Below, piece by piece: positions 35,342 to 46,756 of a stretch of 54,828 nucleotides of DNA. This stretch comes from Tubiluchus corallicola. Its lineage: Eukaryota; Animalia; Priapulida. The DNA lies in contig JAQGDQ010001214.1 of assembly GCA_030141605.1 (NCBI GenBank), positions 1 to 54,828 on the forward strand, written 5' to 3'. Under the pieces are notes generated by a model, which saw only the letters and a program-made list of their open reading frames with translations, ran no database searches and was not told where the DNA came from. Each line of letters begins with the position of its first letter. The first letter of the stretch is position 1. The position numbers were made by a program, and so were the translations under genes.

Positions 35342-36835
35342 TCATAAATGGCGTAGATCATTTTCTAATGAATATATTTTTGCTTTGAGTTGTCTAACTT
35401 CCTCAGATATGTTTCTGGATCTCACAGCTGTGTCGCGAATATCTTGTAAAACCTCCAAATCACGGTTGTCGTTATCACCAAACTGAACCAGTGTCACTTT
35501 GACAAGCTGCTTTTCAAGATCCTTGAGTTTACCGCGCAGCATACGTACGTCAGTTCTAAAGCCTTCGGCTTCGAGGTTGCGACGCCTCTCCAAGTCGCGA
35601 TATCGGCGCTTCATCATCTGCAGCTGCGCCGTGATCTTTTCGCTCTTTTCCTTAAACTCTGCCGTCAGTTCTTCGTTGCGCTGATTCGCAATACACAACT
35701 GTTCCTCCAAATTTATGCACTGCTCTCTGTACGTATCACACAGTTTCTGTGTTTCGAGAGCGTGAAATTCACTTTCCTCCAGCTGTTTCTCATACTTAAC
35801 CTTCAGTCTGAAAATTTCTCCACTTTGTCGTTCTTCCTCTGATAGAATAGGCACGTACTGCCACTGATACCCAGGCTTAGTACGAACGGTTTTTCCAGTT
35901 CCTGGCCCTGCAGAATAGTGGCTAGTACTCTGTAAAACTTCTTCTAATTGTTGTGTCAACGCGCCCAATTTATCTCCTTGTAATTCAAGTTCGTGGATCA
36001 GCGCATCTCTGTCTTCAATCCAACTTCTCTCCTCACGTCTCATCTTATTCTGCAGCTCAACAAGATCCTTGGTGCCTTGATAAAGCAGATTTTGTGTCCT
36101 TTCTAGTTGTCCGCGAAGGCCCTGGATGACAGTAGCTTCCCTTTTCTTCATCAAATCGGATTCTTCTCGGTAGGCACGGCGATCCTCCATGAGAGCTTCT
36201 ACGTGTTCACTTGACAGCCTCTTCTGATCGTCCATCTGCTTTTGCAAAGCGGCCATCTGCAATTTAAGATTTTCATTTTCGTCTTTAAGTTTAGCAATTT
36301 CCTGAGATACGGCAGTACCTTTGTTGGCGCTGGATGGTCTTTTTGGTTTTTGAGTTGGTTTTGACCAACTGTCTGGGTACAGCTGTTTCATTGGAGCCAG
36401 ATCAGGAGGATTCTTCAGAAAGAAAGTGACTTCCTCCTCGAGTCCGCCAGAGAGTGTAAGAAGCTGCTGTATTCTCTTTCTGTCTTCCATCTCTCTCAGT
36501 TTAAGCCTGTCATTTTCGGCATACACATGTAGCACGTGTTCACGCTCTTGAAAGAGATAGACCTGCATGTCGCTCAGAGTTTTCTGCAGTTCCACTATCT
36601 CTTTGTCGCGTTGCTGTAATTCCAAATGCAACTTGTGTTCTTTCTCGAGTGACATTTTTAAATCTGACAGTTTTTTTAACATTGCTTCTCTTTCATGGTC
36701 ATACTGCGCAAGTTTTTGTCTATAAAAATCTATCAACTCTTTTGTCGGTTTTTCGGCTCCTATTTTTGAAATTACGTTTGGGAGCTTTCGTTTTTTCTTA
36801 TTTCCTTTTGGCGTTCCAGATTTTGGTGGTCTCAT
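35342..36835 (-). CDS. CCDC77: Coiled-coil domain-containing protein 77, single coding exon, 497 aa
   Basis: PTKELIDFYRQK..ELQKTLSDMQVYLFQEREHVLHVYAENDRLKLREMEDRKRIQQLL and LERRRNLEAEGFRTD..LKAKIYSLENDLR match CCDC77 as recalled; AG acceptor at ~36862. Confidence 0.9.
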   Translation of the reverse strand: MRPPKSGTPKGNKKKRKLPNVISKIGAEKPTKELIDFYRQKLAQYDHEREAMLKKLSDLKMSLEKEHKLHLELQQRDKEIVELQKTLSDMQVYLFQEREHVLHVYAENDRLKLREMEDRKRIQQLLTLSGGLEEEVTFFLKNPPDLAPMKQLYPDSWSKPTQKPKRPSSANKGTAVSQEIAKLKDENENLKLQMAALQKQMDDQKRLSSEHVEALMEDRRAYREESDLMKKREATVIQGLRGQLERTQNLLYQGTKDLVELQNKMRREERSWIEDRDALIHELELQGDKLGALTQQLEEVLQSTSHYSAGPGTGKTVRTKPGYQWQYVPILSEEERQSGEIFRLKVKYEKQLEESEFHALETQKLCDTYREQCINLEEQLCIANQRNEELTAEFKEKSEKITAQLQMMKRRYRDLERRRNLEAEGFRTDVRMLRGKLKDLEKQLVKVTLVQFGDNDNRDLEVLQDIRDTAVRSRNISEEVRQLKAKIYSLENDLRHL

Positions 36836-38626
36836 AATTTTTGCGCTGATATTTCAACAACCTATTAAAACAGTTGTAAATTATATACTGTGCTCATAAT
36901 ACAGTTAGGGGTGTAACAAAACATTATTATCAACACAGAGTCATAGACAGTGCTATAGTCAAACCTCGAGTTACCGCCAAGCCCACTTGCTGACTATAAA
37001 ATGGCTAGAAATGAAACAGTTATATTCAAATGTATACAAAAATAATATATACCACATCCTGTTACCCGCCATTGAACTTATATGTGCTCAATGGGAGAAT
37101 ACCATCAGCCGCTTTTCAGTATAACGCCAGCTGCACAAGGCTGTTGTGTCGACTCAAGTTGTATAAAATAATGCATGTTATCATGCTTAGATAGTTTGCA
37201 AGCTAAGTGTAGAATCGCAATGATATTATTGTCAATGCCATGAAGTCAAACAGACAAGAAAACATGTGGCTAAATTACAGTTCTAAATTCATTTTCACGA
37301 CTTATCTAAGTTCATTTTTTCTACATGCACCTATTTAGTGGGACAGTAAGCCTACAATCTATTATTGTTGGGTAACGAGGTTAACTGCAGTGGACCAGCG
37401 TGTCAAAGGAAACCATTAAACTAGCATATTAGCATATGATAGACGTTTCTGCTTACAAAGAAAACGGCACATGATTGTTTCTAAGTATATTATTAGTTTA
37501 ACTGACCGCCATTTCAAAACTAATTATTTTAAATCTGTTTTTTTAATTAACTATATGCTCATAGCTCTATCAAATTAGCACGCTTGCGGCTATGGTGGCG
37601 CGCTCTACAATTTTCGTTCAGCCACCGTACTATTATAGGACAAAAGCGAACTAAGATGATATAAAAGTCATGAAAGCTTATTACTATATTAGTCGCACAA
37701 AAATGTGTTGTTGAAGCTTGTGAAGCAAAAACATTGTGAGTCAATTATGCAGAGTTATTTGAATCAATTGCCGACTATTTTTATGTAAATTTGAACAGAA
37801 GCGGCACGTTCCAGGCGTTTTTGAGTCAAGCGATTCAGTCTATTAACCGTGTGTCTGTTAAGTGGCGCCTACTGTAGTACACTTGTTTTCTACCGCTTCA
37901 TTTCTTAAGCCCATTACAATAATATACCTGTTGATGACAAACATATTACGTAGTACCAACCTAGTACGTAATGACAGACATTAGGAAATTCTCAAAACTT
38001 TAAAATATTTTTTAAAAATGAATGATACACCGCGCTGGCAATGTGCTGTTTCTTCGAATGCGAAGCAGCCGCACAAATTTTTAACTCGGTTTGTTACCAG
38101 CTCGTATTGTACGTTATTTTGAGCATTTGCAGTGGCTGTAACGAATTCAGTTATACAGCATGGACCAGCAATAGTGAGAGAGAAATACAGTAATAATCGT
38201 TAACAAATTCAAAGGAAAGTTTAAAATATTCACCTTTATAATAAATTTTGATATAAAAAGTTAAAAACCTATTTTATAATTTAATGATTTTTACCAGTTA
38301 TTATTATTATTGTTGTTGTTGTTGCTGTTGTTATTGTTGTTGCTGTTATTAATTATTATTTTTAAATTGATTATGTCTACATTATTTGTTCTACATAATA
38401 CGTTTGAATTAATTGGAATTGAGATGTAGGCTTAAGAACTTGGTTTTCTTGTTGTTATACAAATGGCATGTCTAAAAATAGCTACGAATTAACTACCACT
38501 GCACAAATTACCATCATACAAAACATTGGCCATCATTAATGTCATAGTCACAATATCCTCCTTGTAGTCTCTGGAGTAAATGTCTCACTCCTGACCTAGA
38601 ATAAAATCTCCAATGTTTTTTTACAG

Positions 38627-41040
38627 ATGGAAACAATAGGAGACCAATTGTGGTAGGTACACCAACGGACACCAAGTTCCATGCTCCATTGATATGCAAC
38701 GTGGCGCTCATTGTGCGTGATGCAATCAGAGAGATTGGTGATCCTTTAACTGCAGGCAGTAAGAGCCTAGAAATAGGAGTTGGTAAGTTAGGGTGATAGG
38801 GAGTTTCCTACCTATGACATTTCTGCTATTTCTATTAATAATACCTGTACCCAGTATATAACTGTACCGCACCCGTACTGCTGAGTAAGGCAGAGAATTG
38901 AAATTTCAGAGTCCTAACAATCCTTAGAGAATTAATTACAAGGCTCCAAATTCCAAATCAACTTGTCCTAGGTTAGAAGGCCTGATCCAGGGGTCAAATA
39001 ATCTGTTCCACGTCCACCCCCAGCAGACGCTCATGTTGGCATCGTTTTCCTTTGCATTCCCTTTGTTGTGTCATCTTTTTAACTATAAGAGTGGTTGTGT
39101 TGATGTAATTTTTATTGGATTTTAGGCCACTAACTGAAAATACACATTAGTGAGACAACCAAGAATGAGCTGTATGACACACAGGGCTACATAATTACAG
39201 AAAACGGCTCCATAGAAGTGAAGGTAAGAATGTCTGAGTAGTAGGTTCTTTTGTCTGTGTACCGCCATTTAGTCACGTGGTTAACCTGAACATTTTAAAG
39301 AAACACCAATGTTTTTAATAACTTTGACCCTACAGTTGTTTTACCTGTAACTTCTTATTTTGTTTGTGCAGCAAGTAGTTGACGTCACCACTTTAAAGAA
39401 AGTCTGGTGTTTTCAATGACTTTAGTAGTATTATTTTGTCTTTGCATCAATATTCGAACATGTGGCCTTGCTAAACCTAATCTGTCCCTACTTAACCGTT
39501 TTTTTATTCACTCAGCTGACAGTCTTTCTAAGTTTCTGGCTGGTGCATAAATAGTAAAGACCTTTGGGAAATGTGTTCACCACCACATAATTTGCTGTCC
39601 TCATGGTGATAACAGTGCTAAGGGGTGTTACTACTGAGCATGGAAATATTACCATTGATTCTGCTGTGCACGCAAATAATTTTACTTATAGCTCTTGACT
39701 TTTGTTCACAGGGCAAGGGAACAATGAAGACTTATTGGCTACAGAGAGCCAAACGTTCTCAAGCCTTCAGTACAAAAAATACTGGCAACAATTAAAGAGT
39801 GAAATCAGAGTAGAGGTACAGCGGAAAATTTACAGCCCAGTTCCTGTGGAGCATGTTCTCTGCAGATCACTGTCCGTACACTCTAATAACCAAGATCGCA
39901 AGAACATGGAGGTGGAAGATGCTTTTATAAAAGGTGAACGTGTGTTGACGGAATAGGAGCTGGACAAAATGGCCTCTGAAATATACGAATACCACGTGAA
40001 AGAGCTGAGACAAAAAGCAGCTATAGAGAATTGGCATCGCATCAGGAACTTCATCTACTTGACGAGCAGCACGGGCATCGGAAGATTGTCGAGTAACTTC
40101 TTTGAACAAGAGTTTGACAAGATCGAAAACAAGGCAAAGAAAAAGGAGTTCTTTATGAACAAATGGCAGTGTGTCACCATCTGCAGCTGGTGAATCAGAA
40201 GAAACAATCATCGAGGAAAGTGAAACCAAACAAACTGAGCAGCAAGTCAATGACAATGATGAAGATGTTACCTCTAGTAATCAATATGCTAGCAGCAGAA
40301 ATGACACTGTTGGTCCAGGTAGTGCTAGCAAAATGGACACTCTTAAATACGACTCTGTAAGCATTAAGACAGAAACAAACATATCTCAAAAGACCCTTCT
40401 TTGAATGGACTTTTAATAACAGACTTCGCTCCCAAAGCAGGACCGATTCAGTTAGAGTCTTAGATAAACTTGAAATAATAGAAACCTGTGATCAAATTGG
40501 AAACACTGATACTAATAAGAATGGGACAAATTCAATGGAAACCAGCTAATGGAAACAAACTAATGAGAATGAAAATCCAAATGGAGAAAAACGGAGCAAC
40601 CTTTGCATGGATTAAGTTAAGCTACAGATAACCAATGATGGAAGAAATGGCAATGGAGAAACTGTAACTCAAGCAACTGTAGTCATAGAAGAAGCTGGAT
40701 GAGAACCCAAATGAAACAAATTCAATTGATTTTTGCCAACATATCATTGGATTTTTTCCAGCAGAACATTGCGAGAAAGTAGCTGCAGATGGCAGCAAGT
40801 TAAACAATTCTGTTGCAAATGGAATATCAGTAGGAAACAAAGTGGCAGAGTAACAACATAAGGTTGAGTAACAATGAACAGCAGCAGGGCAAAGTGCTAA
40901 ACTCATATCTGCTCGTATTGTGTGATATAAAGATTAATGTGAAAAGAAATTCGAAATGGTCCTTATTGATTGTGCCAATATGTGCATATTCGAGATGTTT
41001 ATGCATTGCAGCATGAGTCACAACAACAGCGCCAGTCACG
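38627..41040 (+). pseudogene. Guanylate cyclase (class III cyclase) pseudogene fragment: exons 38627-38782, 39126-39223, 39712-~41040
   Basis: cag|METIGD(frameshift)IVVGTPTDTKFHAPLICNVAL..SLEIGVG|gtaagt; LKIHISETTKNELYDTQGYIITENGSIEVK|gtaaga; cag|GKGTMKTYWL. Multiple frameshifts and stops; the catalytic exon was not found. Right boundary approximate. Confidence 0.8.
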
Positions 41041-41166
41041 CACAGGCAATTTTTCCAGTAGTCATCTGTCTATTCACTAACCTGTCTATTCAACAATTAA
41101 CTATTATTTTTTCCAGTACATTAGCATAATTGCAGCATTTCAGTAAACTTTAAAACTACTGCATGT

Positions 41167-41602
41167 TAGGGGTGAGCATCGAACGTTCGAGTTCGAACAT
41201 TCGAATCGAATTCGAACGCTCGAATTCGATTCGAACGAGTTTTTTTTAGTTCGAACTCGATTCGAATCCAAAACTATAGATTCGAATAATTCAGCACTTC
41301 AGTCACATATGTTCCTGATCATTAAAACGATTGAAACATCATGCAATTAACATAATTTAGTTGTTATTTCTGCGCACAACTTTAAGCAAATTACTAGTGG
41401 TTTTATTGCAGAACAAAATCTAGTGATATGCATGATCTTTGTAAGACTAATTTTTACTGGTGGTTCGAAAACTAGTTCGAAAATTGTTCAATCTCAATTC
41501 GAATTCGGTTCGAATTCGAAACACTGAAGTTCGATTCGATTCGAATTCGAAAGTCACAAATTCGGTTCGATTCGAACTCGCTTTCTGGTTTGCTCACCCC
41601 TA
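41167..41602. mobile_element. hAT-like MITE rich in TTCGAA palindromes
   Basis: TIR TAGGGGTGAGCA / TGCTCACCCCTA; perfect 8-bp TSD CTGCATGT (41159-41166, 41603-41610). Confidence 0.88.
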
Positions 41603-42248
41603 CTGCATGTTCATAATTTATGTGCATAATTTAGCATGATTTTAGAAAATTCTTCACATTATATTTATAATTATTATAGTGTAAAGAAAATAAGATTTTT
41701 CCTTTTACCAACATTGCAAGCTATTCATATTTTAATTAAAAAGTTTTTTGTTATGCATAATACTTTCTTGTATGTAATACAGAACGCTCTCAATGTAATT
41801 GTATACAAAACTTTTCGTGAGGTCTAATGTTTCAGCAATACGTTGTTGTCAACTTAAAATAGTATACTCTTATTCTTTTCGTTCTCCCTAGCCTTAAACA
41901 AAACCTATTTTTATAGGTGTAGTAGCTTGCAGTGTAGGGCTGTACTTGTCGCCGTGAGTGTCACTAGAGAGGTGTCGTGGCGTCACTGTATTAGTTATTG
42001 ATCAATAGACCAATAAGGTGTTGCATATTGTAGTTCAGCAAGTGCTAATTTCGAAAATAACTAAAATATTTTAATTTTATTTTTAAAACTACTACAGTTT
42101 ATATATACAGTACTGTGTAAAACTAATTTTATATTTAGTCTGGGGTGGCAGATTTCATAGCTTATGTTTTTCGATATGTCTTCCCATTTGCTTGGTTAAT
42201 TAGTTTATTTGCACAAAATTTGTTTGAACATTTGCTAGTAGTAATAGA

Positions 42249-42371
42249 ATGACGCAAAAGCGTAGCGGGAAGCAGACACACGGCAGGAAGCAGATACACG
42301 GCAGCCAACAGACACACGGCAGCCATCCAAAGAGTGGAAAAGATGAAGAGGGAGATCAAGTGAATGTGCAG
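42249..42371 (+). CDS. CENP-Q-like gene exon 1 (with 18-bp x3 xQxHGx repeat)
   Basis: ATG..MTQKRSGKQTHGRKQIHGSQQTHGSHPKSGKDEEGDQVNVQ|GTAATG; phase 0. Confidence 0.55.
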
Positions 42372-43037
42372 GTAATGCTAGTAAACAGTTGTTTCACATT
42401 GTCATTACACCATGTATGTTTACACCTCAGTATTAAAATGAGCCTTTTCACAGTTCCAGAGATTAGATTTATTCGATCCAAATAAACAATTGTACATATA
42501 CAATAAAATCTTGCAAATAAATATGATTAGTTAATGTTTTAAGAAGGGAGAAAGTCACCAGGCATGAATGTGTGAATGAATATGGTGGCCCACATTAATT
42601 AGTTACTTCTATTAAATTTACAAAAATGATTAAAATCAAATGTAAGTACCATATATACTTATGTACATGTCGACCTTATGTATAAGTCAATGTGCATTTT
42701 AAGACCAAAAATTGCATCATTTTTTATATTACCTGTGTAAAAGTCGACCATAAAATATTAAGATCTTCCAGAGTAAATGATGTCAACAATGGCCGAGTAA
42801 TAAATCAATAGCCTACTGTGTAAGATACATGCAAGTACCCTGGGCCGAGTATATGATACCTACCCGATATATATATATGGTGTTGTTTAAGAAAAAATCA
42901 TCATGTTTTCCTTTAGTTATTATGCAGGTTGTACAGTCGTGTTCTTCTTTGCATTCAAGTGCAAAATGTTAAAAGTTGAAAATGAGGATGCTTTATTTAC
43001 TGACTATTATTTTAGCCAAGCGAGTTTTTGATTCCAG

Positions 43038-43195
43038 GTGCCGGTATCTGTCTCATCAAAGTGGCAGCCATTGAACCAGTCAACATGCGGATATGTAGAA
43101 GGGCTATTGGACGATGCTGCTTTGACTGTCAAGCAGCTAGGCAAGCCGGAAATTTACGACGACATTGCAGGCATACTCGGCCAGGTGCGAGAAAG
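43038..43195 (+). CDS. CENP-Q-like gene exon 2
   Basis: ttccag|VPVSVSSKWQPLNQSTCGYVEGLLDDAALTVKQLGKPEIYDDIAGILGQVRE+AG|GTGGGC; WQPLxxST resembles the CENP-Q motif. Confidence 0.6.
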
Positions 43196-43353
43196 GTGGG
43201 CGAATGTTTTTTAGATTGCAATTCGGTGGCATAAACAGGTAGTTGTTGGCTAATATTGTGTACTTACGGAAGATTCTTTTGACTATTTTTAGCGAGTTTT
43301 CAGCTGAAATGTTGATAATAGTTTTTAGTTTTCGGAATACTTTTTGTTTATAG

Positions 43354-43432
43354 AATAAATGCCAGATGTTTTGACAGAGGCACGTTTCCTAAACCAGAGT
43401 TCGCCGATTACGAATCTATAGGAAGTTTGCAG
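43354..43432 (+). CDS. CENP-Q-like gene exon 3
   Basis: tttatag|A+INARCFDRGTFPKPEFADYESIGSLQ|GTACGT; phase 2 to 0, consistent. Confidence 0.6.
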
Positions 43433-43864
43433 GTACGTATCTTATTTAACATTTTACTTAATCGCAAACGCTTACGGTCCCGAAGGAGTTAAAGTACAAA
43501 AAAACATTTGTACCAAAAAGCAATGAACTTGTTTAAGTGTAGCGGTCTATAATTTCTTGCCACCCTGCACATCAGATGTTTATGCTGAAATTTTGGTTCG
43601 TTTTCTTTAAGCGAAGTATATTTAGATTTAAAAGTAGCAGATTGCTTTTTCCAAATATGCATGATCGAAGGACATTATTATTTCTGCTAAAAAGCAGTCG
43701 ATGTAGATAGTGAAGTGCAGTGGTCACCATGTTGCGCAAACAACCAATTAACTTCTAGTCTGTGGGTGTTAAGTCACATGCTTTTAGTGCAATTAATTTC
43801 AATACCATAAAACTGAAACTCAAGTCTGTTACCGTGTTTACTTAGGACCGTTTTTTGCTTAAGC

Positions 43865-44324
43865 CTGTGGTGTGCAAATTGCGGCCCACGAAGAGATTTG
43901 TCGACCTAATGAAAGTGCGGCCCGGGCGATTAATTGAGTGTATCCAGCTGAAGTCCGTGGCACGATCCCAAAGATAGTGCAGGTAGTTTTTTCTACTAGA
44001 TCGGATGCCATTAACCCTTACAAGACTGTTGTAGCTTAATGTCACTGTACTACACAGACTGTGTGATACACATTACTAATATGCATTGTAATGAAATTAC
44101 CACTATCTGTCCTGAAAGTAGAAATATATGGTTTGTAATATAAATTTTAATAACTTCTAAAATAGTTTCTGGAGTGTAGTAGTAATGATGTACGCAGGTC
44201 GGATGCAAAAAAATCGTTATTAGGCCTTTCTGTACTTGGCTCCTTGACCAAACTGCATGTGGCCCGCAGGAATTGTGGGAAAGTTTAATGTGGCCCGGCT
44301 AGTCAGATAATTTGCACACCCCTG
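43865..44324. mobile_element. hAT-like MITE
   Basis: CTGTGGTGTGCAAATT ... AATTTGCACACCCCTG; perfect 8-bp TSD GCTTAAGC; subterminal GGCCC motifs. Confidence 0.85.
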
Positions 44325-44625
44325 GCTTAAGCTCATGCCTGGATCCACATGTAAGTTCTTAGTAGAGTATCATTTTGGCAATGAATGCTATTGATGAAAG
44401 AAAGAAAATATGTTGGAGGTGATTGGTAAGCTGAGTTTGTAAGGAGGTAAAGTAAGCCAAGGTGCACTGGTCTTAATAAATGTAAAGCTGATATTGCCGC
44501 TGGCAGTCTTTGATTCCACCATAATTATCCTATAATGACTAGGTGTTTGTTTGATTGCTGGATTCTGGCTGTGTGCCAAACTGTGTAGAAAAATCGAAAA
44601 CTTGAATTTTCGTATCTGTTTTCAG

Positions 44626-44787
44626 CCTGTAGCAATGAAGGAATTAGAGTTGTTGAAGTACTGTTAGCAGCAGATGATTCAAGAAGTCGATCGACAGCAG
44701 GCGAGTTTAGAACGACTGCAGAGGGAATGTGAAGAGGAAGAATAGCGCATAGCACCATCTAGTGGCAATGAAAGACGTCAAACATGA
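44626..44787 (+). pseudogene. CENP-Q-like exon 4, coiled coil interrupted by two TAG stops
   Basis: ttttcag|PVAMKELELLKYC*QQMIQEVDRQQASLERLQRECEEEE*RIAPSSGNERRQT*; TAG at 44665 and 44743. Confidence 0.55.
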
Positions 44788-45975
44788 CGAATAATCACGG
44801 TGTAAAGTATTGTGGCGCTAAAGAGTTTAGAAAGATTCTGGTTTTGTGAATTGCTATTGTAGTAAATATGTTTTAGACATCAGAATGTTGGCAGTTAACT
44901 TGATTGGAAGCAAATTATGTGATAACTGGACAAATTTAATTGAATAAATTTAGCTTGTGGATCTTCAAGACAGGTTTGAGGAATTTTCATATTAAGGGTT
45001 GGTTGTATCTGTGTAAAGAACAACATTGCAGATATCAGAATGCATATTCTTAATGAAGTTTATTTAGCAAAGTAACGTCTACAAAATCTCCAGCAAACTA
45101 TGTATGACTGAAACGCATCGGAACTGGAAAATTTGTTCGAGTTGTGCGAAACTATGAGTTATAGACAATGTTCATAAAAAAAGATTGAGTCATATCGTCA
45201 ACGTCAGACAATACACTAGTAACACTACAGCCAGTGAAAATGACAAACTGAGAGCCTTTTATCAAATACTAAACAGCAGTGTTTATGAATAATCCAAAAT
45301 AAAATGACTGGTCCACCTCTATTATAGTCTGAGTAGCATGGTTAATAGGATTCGGCAATAATAATGTTGTGATCTATATTAAACAACGTTTGTTAAGCCA
45401 TGTTGTGTGCAGCTTTATGCTAAGGCAATACAAGAAATCTTAGCATTTTTGCTGAAACTAGCAGTTAAAATCGTAATGTGGTGCACACTTTCACGTAGGA
45501 CTTCTCGCTTGGGAGGCTGTTCCCGATAGGCGAGGTAATTTCAATCAGATTCTTAAGAATTGTACCGGAAATTCGGTTCGAGTTACGCGATAATTTGAGT
45601 TATGCGATATTTGTTAAAAGGAAGATCCGTTCCACGAGATACGCAAAATTCGAGTCATACGCAGTTCACTGCACTTTGTACTTAAGCAGAGATTTCATCA
45701 ACGAAGCATTATTGATAATATTGTACTACAGGGCTGTGGTGGAATGAAATGTACTGCTGGCAGGGGAATACAGTAGACTTCTCAGGTGTGCATGTGAACG
45801 TGGCTTTATCTAGCACATAGACTCGTATTCTGACCTTGTGTTAGTAAAAGTCACTAGTGACGTGCACACCTGAACTTATAAAAAGGGAAGGTCTGTTGTA
45901 GATCCTTTTCAGTGGTCGTGTCTTTCATTGCAGCTCTGTTCACATTTCACAGGCTTTGCCGCAAACTCCATTCTT

Positions 45976-46130
45976 CTAGGTACGCTGTTTGTTCCTTATT
46001 GGGGGTGTGATATGTAGTAATAAAATTGTCATTGCGACTCTATTATTCGGGTTTTGTTTTGGGTGAGGCGTTGAAGGACTTAATTGGGACATGCTGCATG
46101 GTGTGGGCCGCGGTGCCATCCGTCCTGCCT
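45976..46130 (-). CDS. Probable last exon (cytoplasmic tail)
   Basis: ttttaacag|(E)AGRMAPRPTPCSMSQLSPSTPHPKQNPNNRVAMT..RNKQRT*; phase 1 matches the donor at 48689. Confidence 0.55.
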
Positions 46131-46756
46131 CTGTTAAAAGCGGACAGCAGTCCAATATCATAAATTAAAAATATGAAGCTAATAAAAAACTGCTCTTGGT
46201 TTCTGTAAATATCACAAACTTACGTGACACAATTTACAAAATAAATAACATTGTAATTTATGATAAAGAATATATATATATACAAAAATAACTAACTTTC
46301 TGCATTTGCTAACTTACATGTGTTGACACTGAAACTGTGAAATAACTTGCTAATTATTTTATAAATTAACGATACAAAACAAATAATATTGTACAGTAGG
46401 TGCCGCTTAATAGACTCACTTTGGGACAGTGTGACACAATTAACCGACTGAGTCAATTAGGTAACAGGTTTAGTATTTTACTGCTATACAAGTAAGAGTC
46501 ATCACTCGTCACCTTAGTATGCATTGCAAAGGCTTTGACTGAATCTCAGAAACGAACTATTGCCAAAATCATTTAAAAAGCATAATTTATATGAGTAAAT
46601 TATTAAAAAAAAATGCAAAAAATCTGATTATTAGCATTAAAAATTACATGCTAGGTTAGTTGCTTCATTTCTTCACGAAGACGTTTGTTTATGAAATTTT
46701 CATAGTGATAAAAACATTGAAAATCTGTTACTGTGTGCTGTACATATTCACTCAAA

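Noticed and set aside
39954-44745. TAG reassigned to Gln/Glu (in-frame TAGs at 39954, 44665 and 44743 in E/Q-rich helices)
   Set aside because: The cyclase region also has frameshifts, the intact genes contain no internal TAG, and CAG/GAG to TAG is an ordinary nonsense mutation.
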